From Erysipelotrichaceae bacterium (GTDB lineage: Bacteria > Bacillota_I > Bacilli_A > RFN20 > CAG-826), in NCBI GenBank assembly GCA_012518455.1, contig JAAYSA010000005.1, positions 1-52,921 of the forward strand: a stretch of DNA of 52,921 bases. The letters are read 5' to 3'. Position 1 is the stretch's first letter. Every line of letters begins with the position of its first letter. Under the pieces are notes generated by a model. That model saw nothing but the letters and a program-made list of their open reading frames with translations, did not search any database and was not told the origin of the DNA. The position numbers were made by a program, and so were the translations under genes. This document shows positions 28,158 through 38,255 of the stretch, piece by piece.

Positions 28158-29272
28158 TATTTTTTCATAAGTTTTCGTTCTTGTTTAAGAATGTTATGGA
28201 GTTCTGATAAATACACTTTTCTTAATAGTTCATAAGTTTCTTTTTCTTTACTTTCAATAACTGAGACATAAAAATTATAGAAAATTTCTTCAATTCTTAA
28301 GAATGCTTCATATAAATTTACTATTGTTAAGCGGCCAAAAAAGTCTCGTCTAGAATAGAAAAGTAATGGAGAACTATGAGTAACTTCACTTGCTCTTTGA
28401 TAAGTATTTGAATATTGTTCTAAACCGGCGATTTTTTGTATTCCATCACGGAAATTTAGTTTAACTTCATAGTTTTCTGGTAATTTCTTTATCTCATAAA
28501 GCCATCCATATTCAATAAAACGTTTAATGTCCTTACTTTTAAGATTATGATCTTTTAGTTTTGTTTTAATCTCAACAAAAATTTTATCAGTTGTTTCTTT
28601 ATCATAAAGTAAATTATAGGCTGCTCCATAGCGCATATGTCTTAAGTAGGCTTCAATAAGAGGTAGCCCGTGACGAATTAACAAAATTAAAGTTGCTTCT
28701 GTTTCATGAAGTGTCCGCCAAGTTGTAAGAGCTTCCGTTTCAAAACCATTTACCAAAAGAGTAGTTATTGTTTTACAAAGAACAAATGCTTTTGAAAGCA
28801 TATCAATAATTAATGTTCTTGAAGGATCTTGTTTTTTAAATAAATCAAGCTTATTTAAAATAAAATTAGCATATACATTAAGTGATGTTATGGGTGTATC
28901 AACGCTTGTATAAATTGCTTTGTTATTATATGAAAAATTCGTTAGTGATGAATATTTATCAAGTACAGTATTCATTAAAATTAAGATAAAATCTTCATTT
29001 TCTTTTGCTACTTCAATTTGTTCACGAGTTAAATCTTGTACTCGGTAATAAAAATCACGGATTAGATAACCAATAAATGTATATTGATTTAATTTTTCAA
29101 CGTAAATTCTATCACTATATTCACCAATAATTAAATATGATTCAATCATTGCTTCATAACATTCACGTAAAAAAGTAAAATCATCATCATGAACCTTATA
29201 AATTTTTAAAATCATATTAAAATCTTCAAGAGGTAAAGTAAGTGAATCAATTAAAGTTTTTTTATCTTCCAT
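28157..29272 (-). CDS. Hypothetical protein, all-helical in character, unknown function, downstream of addA
   Basis: 371 aa with no motif I can name. It lies 17 nt after the addA stop with no hairpin between them, so it is probably in the same transcript. Confidence 0.6.
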   Translation of the reverse strand: MEDKKTLIDSLTLPLEDFNMILKIYKVHDDDFTFLRECYEAMIESYLIIGEYSDRIYVEKLNQYTFIGYLIRDFYYRVQDLTREQIEVAKENEDFILILMNTVLDKYSSLTNFSYNNKAIYTSVDTPITSLNVYANFILNKLDLFKKQDPSRTLIIDMLSKAFVLCKTITTLLVNGFETEALTTWRTLHETEATLILLIRHGLPLIEAYLRHMRYGAAYNLLYDKETTDKIFVEIKTKLKDHNLKSKDIKRFIEYGWLYEIKKLPENYEVKLNFRDGIQKIAGLEQYSNTYQRASEVTHSSPLLFYSRRDFFGRLTIVNLYEAFLRIEEIFYNFYVSVIESKEKETYELLRKVYLSELHNILKQERKLMKK

Positions 29273-29289
29273 ATTTTTATAATACCATA

Positions 29290-32200
29290 TTAGAGTTTAA
29301 TTTCCTTTGTCTCGCCCGTTAGTAAAGCAACAAGATGTGCTTCAATTTTCTTTTTGAATTGCTTTTGTAGATAGGAGGCATAACGTTTAACTTGTTCGAT
29401 ATATGAGGGGTGTTCTAAATTTTTAAGTTTATAATCTAGCAAAATGATTTTATTATCCAAATTAATAAAGCAATCAATAAAGCGCAAACCGCCTTCTTCA
29501 TCAACAAATGGGTATTCTTGGAATACATTATCGTTTGTTGCTTTTTTAAAGAAAGATAATCCAATAATTTTTTCTATTATTCTATAATGTCCTTTATCTT
29601 TAATAAATGATAGATCTCGTGTATCAAAATTGATGTTTTCAAGAAGTTCATGAATAGTATTACCTAATTCAAGAGCATCAAGTGAAACTTCTTCTATAAT
29701 TTCAGTTTTCTTATAAACAGAGACTTTCTTTCGATTATTTTCTAAATCATTTATATTAAAAATAATGTCTTTTTGTTCAATTAATGCAGGTTTTGTTAGC
29801 TTTGGTTCTAAGATTTTTCCATCACTCATTTTTTCAAACAAGTACGGGCTTAATTTTAATAAATGTTCGATTGAGTCAACATCAGATAATGTATTAACTT
29901 TATCGTTTTCCTCATTAGATGTAACAATAATGATTTTTTCTTTTGCTCTTGTTAGGGCAACATAAAGTAGCCAGATTGCTGAAAGAATATCTTTTTTTCT
30001 TAATTCATTTAGTGATATTACTTTTGTAAGAGATGATCCGTTTTCTATGTTCGTTGGAAAAATAAATCCTACATTATCATCATATCGTATTCTTTTTCTA
30101 CGATCTGTTTTTAAAAAAGTTGTAAAATTACTAGCATAGTAAACAATAGAATACTCTAAGCCCTTCGATCCATGCATTGTTTGTAGACTAACAACATTTT
30201 CTGCTCTTTTAATTGATGATTGTTCAATAGGAATATCTTCTTTTATTAATTTTTCAAAATAAGTAACCAAATCATCGATAGAATAACCATATCTTTCCAT
30301 ATTTTCAATAATCGCTAATAGTTTTTGTAATTTATATGTTTCTTCTTCAATATCACCTAAAAGGAAAATTTTGTCATAAAATTTAAATTCTTCTACTAAA
30401 GATGTAACAATTTGATATAGGGGAGCATTTCTATATTGATCAACCAATTCTTTAATTTTTATTATTATTCCATCAGAAAGTAACTCATCTAAATTACCTT
30501 TTATTAATTTATAAATTTTTTCGTCGTTATATTGACAAAGAAATCCACGTGCTATACTTGTAAACGCGTGTTTAAATCCTATATCATAATTACCTTTTTT
30601 TACATTATTAAATAAAACTACAATATTTTTTAAAGCGAAGAAAATATCATCTTCACTAATATTATTTCTTTGAAATTTGAATAAGGGAATTTGGTACTCT
30701 TTAAAAACCTTTTCAAATTTATCAGAATGAGTTCTTGTTTTAATTAAAATTGTAAAGTCTTTGTACTCGCAAGGTCTTAAACCTTTCTTAAAATCAAAAA
30801 CCATAAAATTATTTCTTATTTTATTTGTTATATCTGAAGCGATAATCCTAGCTTCAAGTTCTGCTTGTTCAGCACTTATTAGACCTTCTTTACTATAAGT
30901 TAAAACATCTAAATTATAATTTTGGTTTGTACGACCTTCATTTTTGTATTTAGCATTACCTGCAACAATGTCTTTAGCATACTCATTTTCCTCACCTAAA
31001 TATGGTTTAATCAAATGACTAGTTAATTTTTTAACATCTTCAAGAACTTCACCACGAGATCTAAAATTATCAATTAAATCATATTTGCGACCGCCATCAT
31101 TTTTTGAATATTGTTCGTATTTATTTTTAAAGTTTTCTATATTAGCGTTTCTAAACTCATAAATACTTTGTTTTACATCTCCGACCATATAAACATTATC
31201 GTTACTAATTCTTGTAATTAATTCTTCTTGAATATCATCTGTATCTTGATATTCATCAACAAAAATAAATTTATATTGATTTCTAAGTTCGGCTCTAACA
31301 TTTTCGTTTTTAACAAGTTCAGTCGCAAAACGTGCAATATCACTAAAAAGAAAAGCGCCATATTTATATTTGAAACGTTCTAAACCATCATCAATTTCTT
31401 GATATAAATCTAGAAGTGCTCTAGCGAATGGCTTTGTACGATAAAAATCATCATAATAAGCTTTCTTATTTCCTAATGTAAAATAGTTTTCTTTTATTTT
31501 GGTAATTCCTCGACGAAATCTTTCAATAATTTTTACCGCTTCAGGTTCATTTTTTCTTAAATTTCTTGTAAGATCTGGCTGCTTATAATTACTAAAATAT
31601 AAGGCATATTCATCAAATTCTTTTTTGGTTGATAAAAATTCGATAATTTCTAAATATTTTTCTTTTTCATCAATATTCGGAAATTCACTTAATATTTTTT
31701 TAATTTGATTTATATCTTCATCAAGTTGTTCTTCAAATTTTATAAAAAGCCGATCAAAATTTTTATCTGTATAATGTTGTTTAACATTGTAAATAAATGT
31801 TTTTTTATCAACTGCTGCTTCGGCAGCCTCCTTAATTGATTTAATTGCTTCAAAGATAACATCATCATTATGACGAACAAATGTCTTGACTAGAAAACGA
31901 AAATCATCGCTTGGGTTTTCATAGTTACTTTCAAAGACTTCAACATATAATTTTTGAAACTCTAATTTATAAATTGTTTCATCAACTATTGATATATCTA
32001 TTGGCAAATTGAGCAAATAACCATATTTTTGCACGATTTTTAAAGCAAATGCATCAAATGTTGTAATTTCACAAGCATCAACTAAATTAGCAATTTCTTT
32101 TGTCTTACTATCTTCTTTTAGTTTTGTTCTAAGCCGTTCACGAAGCTCATCGGCTGCTAAATTTGCAAAGGTAATTAAGAGTACTTGATCAACTGCAACA

Positions 32201-32340
32201 TCCATTCTTAAAAAGATTTGATGTAATCGTTCAATTAAAATAGCTGTTTTACCTGAACCAGCACCAGCTGAAACAAGAATATTACCTGGTTCAAGTGACA
32301 TTGCTTCTTGTTGAGCTTTTGAAAATTCATGATATTCCAT
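29290..32340 (-). CDS. addA: ATP-dependent helicase/nuclease subunit A (AddA/RexA)
   Basis: 1016 aa with UvrD-type motifs SAGAGSGKT, DEYQDT, MHGSKGLEY and VALTRAK. A C-terminal RecB-type nuclease block reads IDCFINLDNKIILLDYKL. Confidence 0.88.
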   Translation of the reverse strand: MEYHEFSKAQQEAMSLEPGNILVSAGAGSGKTAILIERLHQIFLRMDVAVDQVLLITFANLAADELRERLRTKLKEDSKTKEIANLVDACEITTFDAFALKIVQKYGYLLNLPIDISIVDETIYKLEFQKLYVEVFESNYENPSDDFRFLVKTFVRHNDDVIFEAIKSIKEAAEAAVDKKTFIYNVKQHYTDKNFDRLFIKFEEQLDEDINQIKKILSEFPNIDEKEKYLEIIEFLSTKKEFDEYALYFSNYKQPDLTRNLRKNEPEAVKIIERFRRGITKIKENYFTLGNKKAYYDDFYRTKPFARALLDLYQEIDDGLERFKYKYGAFLFSDIARFATELVKNENVRAELRNQYKFIFVDEYQDTDDIQEELITRISNDNVYMVGDVKQSIYEFRNANIENFKNKYEQYSKNDGGRKYDLIDNFRSRGEVLEDVKKLTSHLIKPYLGEENEYAKDIVAGNAKYKNEGRTNQNYNLDVLTYSKEGLISAEQAELEARIIASDITNKIRNNFMVFDFKKGLRPCEYKDFTILIKTRTHSDKFEKVFKEYQIPLFKFQRNNISEDDIFFALKNIVVLFNNVKKGNYDIGFKHAFTSIARGFLCQYNDEKIYKLIKGNLDELLSDGIIIKIKELVDQYRNAPLYQIVTSLVEEFKFYDKIFLLGDIEEETYKLQKLLAIIENMERYGYSIDDLVTYFEKLIKEDIPIEQSSIKRAENVVSLQTMHGSKGLEYSIVYYASNFTTFLKTDRRKRIRYDDNVGFIFPTNIENGSSLTKVISLNELRKKDILSAIWLLYVALTRAKEKIIIVTSNEENDKVNTLSDVDSIEHLLKLSPYLFEKMSDGKILEPKLTKPALIEQKDIIFNINDLENNRKKVSVYKKTEIIEEVSLDALELGNTIHELLENINFDTRDLSFIKDKGHYRIIEKIIGLSFFKKATNDNVFQEYPFVDEEGGLRFIDCFINLDNKIILLDYKLKNLEHPSYIEQVKRYASYLQKQFKKKIEAHLVALLTGETKEIKL

Positions 32341-32344
32341 CTTC

Positions 32345-34690
32345 TTATTTACCTTCTCCTTTCGTACTAGCTTCGAGTTTATTCAAATCTAAAAAATCTT
32401 TACTTCTTCTAAAGCATACATCTTTAAATTCACAGTAAAGACATGCGTCAAGGCTATTAGATTCAATAATTGGTTGAATCTTAAACTCACTATTTCTAAT
32501 TCTTTTATTTGCTTCTTCAACTTTTTCAAGAGCTTGAGATTTCTTTTCAATAAAATAATCTTCGCTTGCACTTTTCGCTTTTGTAAAATTGCCCGTTGAG
32601 GTTACTAAGCCATCGATAAAACCACCCAATTCATAGTCAGGATCAAAATAACGTAATCTATTGCTATCATTAAGTGTTTTACCAATAAATTTTAAAATTG
32701 AATAGTAATAATTTTCTTCTTCCTTTTCTGATTCAAAAATAAAATTTTCATTATCTCTAATTTTTTGAATATAAACACCTAAAATTTTATCATTACTAAA
32801 TTTAAGGTTATTACTTATTAATAAACAATAAATTGGTAATTGTAAATTTAAGCCATAGTCAATAAATTTATCTTTATAAGTAGAATTACCTGTCTTATAA
32901 TCAATCAAAATTAAATTTCGATTATTTTTTTCACCAACAACATATAGTTTATCAACTATCCCTTTTAATTTTGTTTTTGCATCAATATTAATTTCTAAAG
33001 GTAATTCTTCATGTTCTTCAATTAAAGACATTTTTTCTTTTAAAATTGAATGAAATTTAATAGTACTCCTTAATAGACCTTCATAACCTTCCATAATTAT
33101 TCGATCGCGATTAGAAAGCTGCATTTCCTTAAGCAATTCAACAAATCGGGTCTTAAAATCAAAATTCGGGGCTTTAGATTCTTCTAATAGTTTATGGGCT
33201 AAAAGACCAATTTTCATATAATGGGTATCAACTTCTTCACCGATTTTAAGAACGCGTTCTAAATAATAAGAAAAAGGGCAATTGTAAAAGCGATCAACAC
33301 TAGTATAGGAAAGCACTATGCTATTAGTATTAATATAATTTATGCCTTTAAAAGAATTATCAAAACTTAAGTATTCATTTTTTGAATCAATAAATTCAAG
33401 TGCCTTTATTGTTCCATCATCTTCACTAAAATTGCGATAAAGGTCGCGACTAATTCCATAAATATAACGTGCATATTCAGTGCTATTTAATTGTTTAGCT
33501 AATTCGCCCTTTATTAAATTTAGGCCTAATTCATCTACTAATATTGATTTTTCGTACCTTCTTTCACCGACCTGAGTTGCAAAACTTAAATATAAGTGCT
33601 TTTTATTAAGGATAATTTTAATTAATTTATCTTTTTCATTTAAATATTCATCTTCATTGGTTGGTAATCCTAGTAATGCTTTTTCTTCTTTTGTTAATAA
33701 ATCAATTTCTTTTTTAAAATGTGGATAATTACTTTGACTAAAATCTAAAATAAATAAATGTTCATTGTCTTTAAATATATCAACTGAATCAACAATCTCG
33801 ATACCATCTTCAAATTGCATCTCTAGTAAGTTTTTCTTTTCCAATAAATGAGAAATTAAATATTTATAATTATCAAAGCCTAGATTTAGCTTCGGTGTAA
33901 AAATTAATAGATTCTTAAACTCATTTAATTCATTAGAAGATTGTTCCTCTTTTAAAAAGGTTGCTAAACGATCATTAAATTGCTTTTCAGTTATAAAGAG
34001 GTTATTAAACTTCTCCTTAACAAGAGGATAATGAAGTAAAGGCGTTCCAACATTATCAATGATGTTGATATTAAAATGAATACTTAAATAACGAAGTGAT
34101 TCTATATAATCCTCCCGTGGGCGAAGTAATTTAATATCTTCTTTTTTTACTCCTTTTTTAATTAAATTACTAACTTCATTAAAAAAGGCAGCAACTTCGC
34201 TAATTACATTAGGGTAAGAATATACATTTAGACTTCTTTTTTCTTTATTTAAAGGATAAAAACTAATATTATTAGTAAAACTTTTTAACAATCGATTTAA
34301 ATACTCATCATCATTACGATATCCTATTACTAAACACTTTCCTTCTTTATACTTATTAAGGAAATTATTATCAAGGCTAATTAATTTATTTTCTTTTAGT
34401 TTTTTTTGTAAATAATCTAATTTTTTTATTGATTCTGAATTCTCTTTTATTTCATGAGTAATATCTGGCGTTACTAAGAAAGGTAAATATTTTAAATATA
34501 AATCAAGCCCTAGCCCCTCATTTTCAATTAAATAATATAAAGCCTTATTTTTTACTCGCCCAAAAAGAGAACTAACAAGTTGTTCTTTTGTAAAAATTTT
34601 AACATTAGGATTAAATACACCTTCATCTCTTTTTTTAAGAATTGAGGTATATAAATAATAAGGTGCAATTATAAGATTTACTTCCTTCAT
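32345..34690 (-). CDS. addB: Helicase/nuclease subunit B (AddB/RexB), nuclease and Fe-S domain intact, no Walker A
   Basis: The C-terminal LILIDYKTG nuclease motif lies between Cys residues (YNCPFSYY ... CLYCEFKDVC) placed as in the AddB 4Fe-4S staple. There is no GxxxxGK[ST] at the N-terminus. The preferred start is the ATG at 34690 (AAAGGA RBS); the track ORF starts at the GTG at 34705. Confidence 0.8.
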   Translation of the reverse strand: MKEVNLIIAPYYLYTSILKKRDEGVFNPNVKIFTKEQLVSSLFGRVKNKALYYLIENEGLGLDLYLKYLPFLVTPDITHEIKENSESIKKLDYLQKKLKENKLISLDNNFLNKYKEGKCLVIGYRNDDEYLNRLLKSFTNNISFYPLNKEKRSLNVYSYPNVISEVAAFFNEVSNLIKKGVKKEDIKLLRPREDYIESLRYLSIHFNINIIDNVGTPLLHYPLVKEKFNNLFITEKQFNDRLATFLKEEQSSNELNEFKNLLIFTPKLNLGFDNYKYLISHLLEKKNLLEMQFEDGIEIVDSVDIFKDNEHLFILDFSQSNYPHFKKEIDLLTKEEKALLGLPTNEDEYLNEKDKLIKIILNKKHLYLSFATQVGERRYEKSILVDELGLNLIKGELAKQLNSTEYARYIYGISRDLYRNFSEDDGTIKALEFIDSKNEYLSFDNSFKGINYINTNSIVLSYTSVDRFYNCPFSYYLERVLKIGEEVDTHYMKIGLLAHKLLEESKAPNFDFKTRFVELLKEMQLSNRDRIIMEGYEGLLRSTIKFHSILKEKMSLIEEHEELPLEINIDAKTKLKGIVDKLYVVGEKNNRNLILIDYKTGNSTYKDKFIDYGLNLQLPIYCLLISNNLKFSNDKILGVYIQKIRDNENFIFESEKEEENYYYSILKFIGKTLNDSNRLRYFDPDYELGGFIDGLVTSTGNFTKAKSASEDYFIEKKSQALEKVEEANKRIRNSEFKIQPIIESNSLDACLYCEFKDVCFRRSKDFLDLNKLEASTKGEGK

Positions 34691-34795
34691 TAAAAGTCCT
34701 TTCACTCATATTATAAAAGCATTTTTAACAAATTTAAAAGCATTTTTTTATATATTATTAATAACTAATTTATTTTATAAATTAGTTATAAATTT

Positions 34796-36271
34796 TTAGA
34801 TAAATTGACGAGTAGCGGCGACTGCTCTTTTCCAATTTTTATATTTTCTTACGCGGTCAACTTCACTCATTTTCGGCTTAAACTGACGATCATATTGATG
34901 GATTTTTCTTATTTCTGTCGTTGAACCAAAATAGCCTGTTTTTAAGCCTGCTAGATAGCATACACCTAATGCAGTTGTTTCAAGAATATGTGGAACTTTA
35001 ATCGTGGCATTTAAAATGTCAGATTGGAATTGCATTAAGTAATTATTAGCAGTTGCCCCTCCATCAACTTTAATTGTTTTAAGTTCAACACCTGTTTCTT
35101 CTTTCATTACTTTAAAAACATCTTTACTTTGAAAAGCAATAGATTCAAGTGTTGCCCGAACAAAATGTGCTCGATTAGCACTTCTAGTAAGGCCAAAAAC
35201 TGCACCTCTCGCCTTATCATCCCAATATGGTGAACCTAAACCTACAAAGGCTGGAACAATATAAATGTGATTATTCGTCGTAACAGAAAGTGCGACATCT
35301 TCACTTTCTGCAGCAGTAGAAATCATCTTCATTTGATCGCGAAGCCATTGGACTGCAGCACCTCCGATATAAACTGAACCTTCTAAAGCATAAGTTACTT
35401 TATTATCGATTTGCCAAGCAATAGTAGTTAAAAGCCCATTTTTACTTATTACAGGTTTACTACCTGTATTCATTAAAAGGAAGCAACCAGTCCCATATGT
35501 ATTTTTACAAGATCCTTTTGATAAACACATTTGCCCAAATAAGGCTGCTTGTTGGTCACCAGCAATCCCAGTAATAGGAACTGAAGTGTTAAAAAATTCA
35601 CTAAGACCATATAAATACGAGGAAGGACAAACTTTAGGAAGCATTATTTTAGGAATGTTAAATAGAGCTAAAAGTTCATCATCCCATTTAAGTGTATGAA
35701 TATTATATAAAAGTGTGCGTGAAGCATTACTAACATCAGTAGCATGAACATTACCATTAGTTAATTTATAAAGAATCCAAGTATCAACAGTACCAAATAA
35801 TAATTCGCCTTTTTCTGCTCTTTTTTGTCCGTCCTTAATATGATCTAAAATAAAACGAACTTTACTAGCACTAAAGTAGGGATTAATTATTAAACCTGTC
35901 TTTTGATGAATTAATTCTTTTTTATCTTTTAGGGCATCACAAATTGCTGTCGATTGGCGTGATTGCCAAACGATAGCATTATAAACAGGCATTCCTGTTT
36001 TTTTATCCCATACAATAGCAGTTTCTCTTTGATTGGTAATACCAATACAATCGATATTTTTAAGCGTTAAGTTCGCTTTAATTAAAAGTTCATTAATAAC
36101 CGCAAGAACGCTTAACCAAATATCTATTGCATCTTGCTCAACCCAGCCATCGTGTGGGTAAAAACAGCCAATTTCTTCTTGAGCAGATGCAACAATTTCA
36201 CCTTTCTTGTCAAAAAGGATCGCCCTGGTTGATGTTGTCCCTTGGTCGATTGATAAGATGTATTTTTTCAT
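34796..36271 (-). CDS. glpK: Glycerol kinase
   Basis: 491 aa with YILSIDQGTTSTRAILFD, GITNQRET and GGA..NN.LMQFQSD, classic FGGY kinase/GlpK motifs. Confidence 0.95.
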   Translation of the reverse strand: MKKYILSIDQGTTSTRAILFDKKGEIVASAQEEIGCFYPHDGWVEQDAIDIWLSVLAVINELLIKANLTLKNIDCIGITNQRETAIVWDKKTGMPVYNAIVWQSRQSTAICDALKDKKELIHQKTGLIINPYFSASKVRFILDHIKDGQKRAEKGELLFGTVDTWILYKLTNGNVHATDVSNASRTLLYNIHTLKWDDELLALFNIPKIMLPKVCPSSYLYGLSEFFNTSVPITGIAGDQQAALFGQMCLSKGSCKNTYGTGCFLLMNTGSKPVISKNGLLTTIAWQIDNKVTYALEGSVYIGGAAVQWLRDQMKMISTAAESEDVALSVTTNNHIYIVPAFVGLGSPYWDDKARGAVFGLTRSANRAHFVRATLESIAFQSKDVFKVMKEETGVELKTIKVDGGATANNYLMQFQSDILNATIKVPHILETTALGVCYLAGLKTGYFGSTTEIRKIHQYDRQFKPKMSEVDRVRKYKNWKRAVAATRQFI

Positions 36272-36286
36272 ATCTAGACTCCTTAC

Positions 36287-37537
36287 TTATTTTTTAGCGA
36301 TTAGAGTTTCAATTTCATTAATTTCTTTTTTTATTTCCGCACTTAAATTTGTAGCACCATTTTTGGTAACTAAAATATCATCTTCAATGCGAATTCCGAT
36401 TCCATACTTTGCAAAATATAGACCTGGTTCAACTGTAATTACATTACCTTCTTCTAAGGGAATATCATGAAGGGCTGGATCATGCGTATCAAGACCTAAA
36501 TGATGAGAGACATTATGATAATAATATTGTTTTACTTCTTCGCCTTCTTTTAAAAGTTTTTCTTCTTCTAGACGCGCTTTAAAAAACTCTTGCGTAAAAG
36601 CTTGTAGTTCAGCAATTGTTCGTCCTGGACGAATAAAATTAATTACAGCTTTATTAGCCGCTAGAACGATTTCATAAATTTGCTTTTGGAGTGGATTAAA
36701 CACACCATTTACAGGATACGTGCGGGAAATGTCGGCTTTATATTTATCAATAGAGGCTCCGCAGTCAAGTAAAACAAGTTGCCCGTCCCGAAGTCTATTA
36801 CTTAAATCTACATGGTGAAGAATGGTTGCGTTCGGGCCACTTGCTACAATTGTATCAAAAGCGATTTCAGCATTTTTGCCTCGAATAACATATTCAAACA
36901 TTGCTCTTATTTGATATTCATGAAGCCCTGGACGTAGATTATCTAGCACCATTTTTAAAGCATTATTGGTTAATTTGATGCTTTTTTTGATTAACTCTAA
37001 TTCATGATCATCTTTTACCATTCTTTGACGAATTAAAAGCGGATAGACATCAATTATTTCTAGACCTTTTTTACCTTTTCTTTTTAAGTAGGTAACAAGT
37101 TCTTCATGAGTTTGACTAGCACAGAGAAATTTATGTTTATGATCAATATAGACATGATTAACTTCGCCATAACTAGATTTAGTAGCAATTAGCTCATCAA
37201 TTTTACTATCAATTTGAGAGCTATAAAGAATATTTCTAATACCAGATATTTCTGTAGCCTCATTAGGACGAAGCATTTTTCCGGTCCATTTTTCTCGAAG
37301 TTCATTAAATTCTTCAATGAATAAGTATTCATATATTTCTTGATCAATTTTAACTAATAGTAAAGTAGCTTCGCTTACATCTAACCCCGTTAAATAGAAG
37401 AAATTTTTATTTATTATAAAAGGATAGTTTTGATCGCTTGTTGCAATAAGATGTTCGCCACTAAAAAGGAGCACCATGCTATGATCTTTAATTTCATTAA
37501 TTAATTTTTCGCGTCTTTTTTTATAAATATCTATCAT
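36287..37537 (-). CDS. Xaa-Pro aminopeptidase/dipeptidase (M24B family)
   Basis: 416 aa with metal ligands in the M24B pattern (LLDCGA..YKADISRT, HHLGLDTHD, VEPG, IRIEDD). Confidence 0.85.
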   Translation of the reverse strand: MIDIYKKRREKLINEIKDHSMVLLFSGEHLIATSDQNYPFIINKNFFYLTGLDVSEATLLLVKIDQEIYEYLFIEEFNELREKWTGKMLRPNEATEISGIRNILYSSQIDSKIDELIATKSSYGEVNHVYIDHKHKFLCASQTHEELVTYLKRKGKKGLEIIDVYPLLIRQRMVKDDHELELIKKSIKLTNNALKMVLDNLRPGLHEYQIRAMFEYVIRGKNAEIAFDTIVASGPNATILHHVDLSNRLRDGQLVLLDCGASIDKYKADISRTYPVNGVFNPLQKQIYEIVLAANKAVINFIRPGRTIAELQAFTQEFFKARLEEEKLLKEGEEVKQYYYHNVSHHLGLDTHDPALHDIPLEEGNVITVEPGLYFAKYGIGIRIEDDILVTKNGATNLSAEIKKEINEIETLIAKK

Positions 37538-37604
37538 TTTATTACCTCACCAATCTATATTATTTTGCCTTACAATTATTTAATTGTAAACACGCTACAA
37601 GTCA

Positions 37605-38180
37605 TTAATCTTTGGTTTTTATTATTTTTTTATCATAAAAATTTGCTTCAAGCAAAGATGTGATATCTTCATTTGCTCTAAATGTGATAACAACACTTCT
37701 TTCACCAAAACTTGATTCAAAAGGAATATTATGTAAATTTGCAAAACTATACACATTATCAAGTTCATCAACATCAATTTTAAATTGAAATTTATAAACT
37801 ATTTGTATTGGTACAACTGTTGCTAAAGCTAATACAGCTTTTCCGCTTGCTACATAAGTTCTAAGTAATCTTCCTGCACCTAAAAGAATTCCACCAAAAT
37901 AACGAACTACTACAAGTAAAACATGTTGTAAATCATTTTTTTGTAATAGATCAAGCATTGGACGACCAGCAGTTCCTTTTGGTTCACCATCATCACTGGC
38001 TCTTTCACTATCATTAAAACGATAGGCATAACAATAATGACGAGCGTTACGGTACTCTTTTTTTACTTCTTCTAGAAGTGAACTAACTTCATCTTCACTT
38101 TTAAGTGGAAATAAAAGTGCTATAAAGCGAGATCGCTCAACTTCAATTTCCGTAACATAGTTTTCAAGTATTGTCTTCAT
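37605..38180 (-). CDS. YigZ/IMPACT-family protein (UPF0029)
   Basis: 191 aa with HYCYAY..DDGEPKGTAGRPML, the signature block of the IMPACT/YigZ N-terminal domain. Confidence 0.8.
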   Translation of the reverse strand: MKTILENYVTEIEVERSRFIALLFPLKSEDEVSSLLEEVKKEYRNARHYCYAYRFNDSERASDDGEPKGTAGRPMLDLLQKNDLQHVLLVVVRYFGGILLGAGRLLRTYVASGKAVLALATVVPIQIVYKFQFKIDVDELDNVYSFANLHNIPFESSFGERSVVITFRANEDITSLLEANFYDKKIIKTKD

Positions 38181-38240
38181 AAAATAAGTTTATCATAACT
38201 TGCTGAGATAAACATTTTATGTTTCACTCTAATGCTATTT

Positions 38241-38249
38241 TGTTATAAT
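38241..38249 (+). promoter_or_regulatory. Extended -10 promoter element (TGnTATAAT) positioned for a leaderless start
   Basis: TGTTATAAT at 38241-38249. The in-frame ATG at 38256 lies 6 nt after the -10 box and there is no SD sequence. Confidence 0.5.
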
Positions 38250-38255
38250 AACTTC

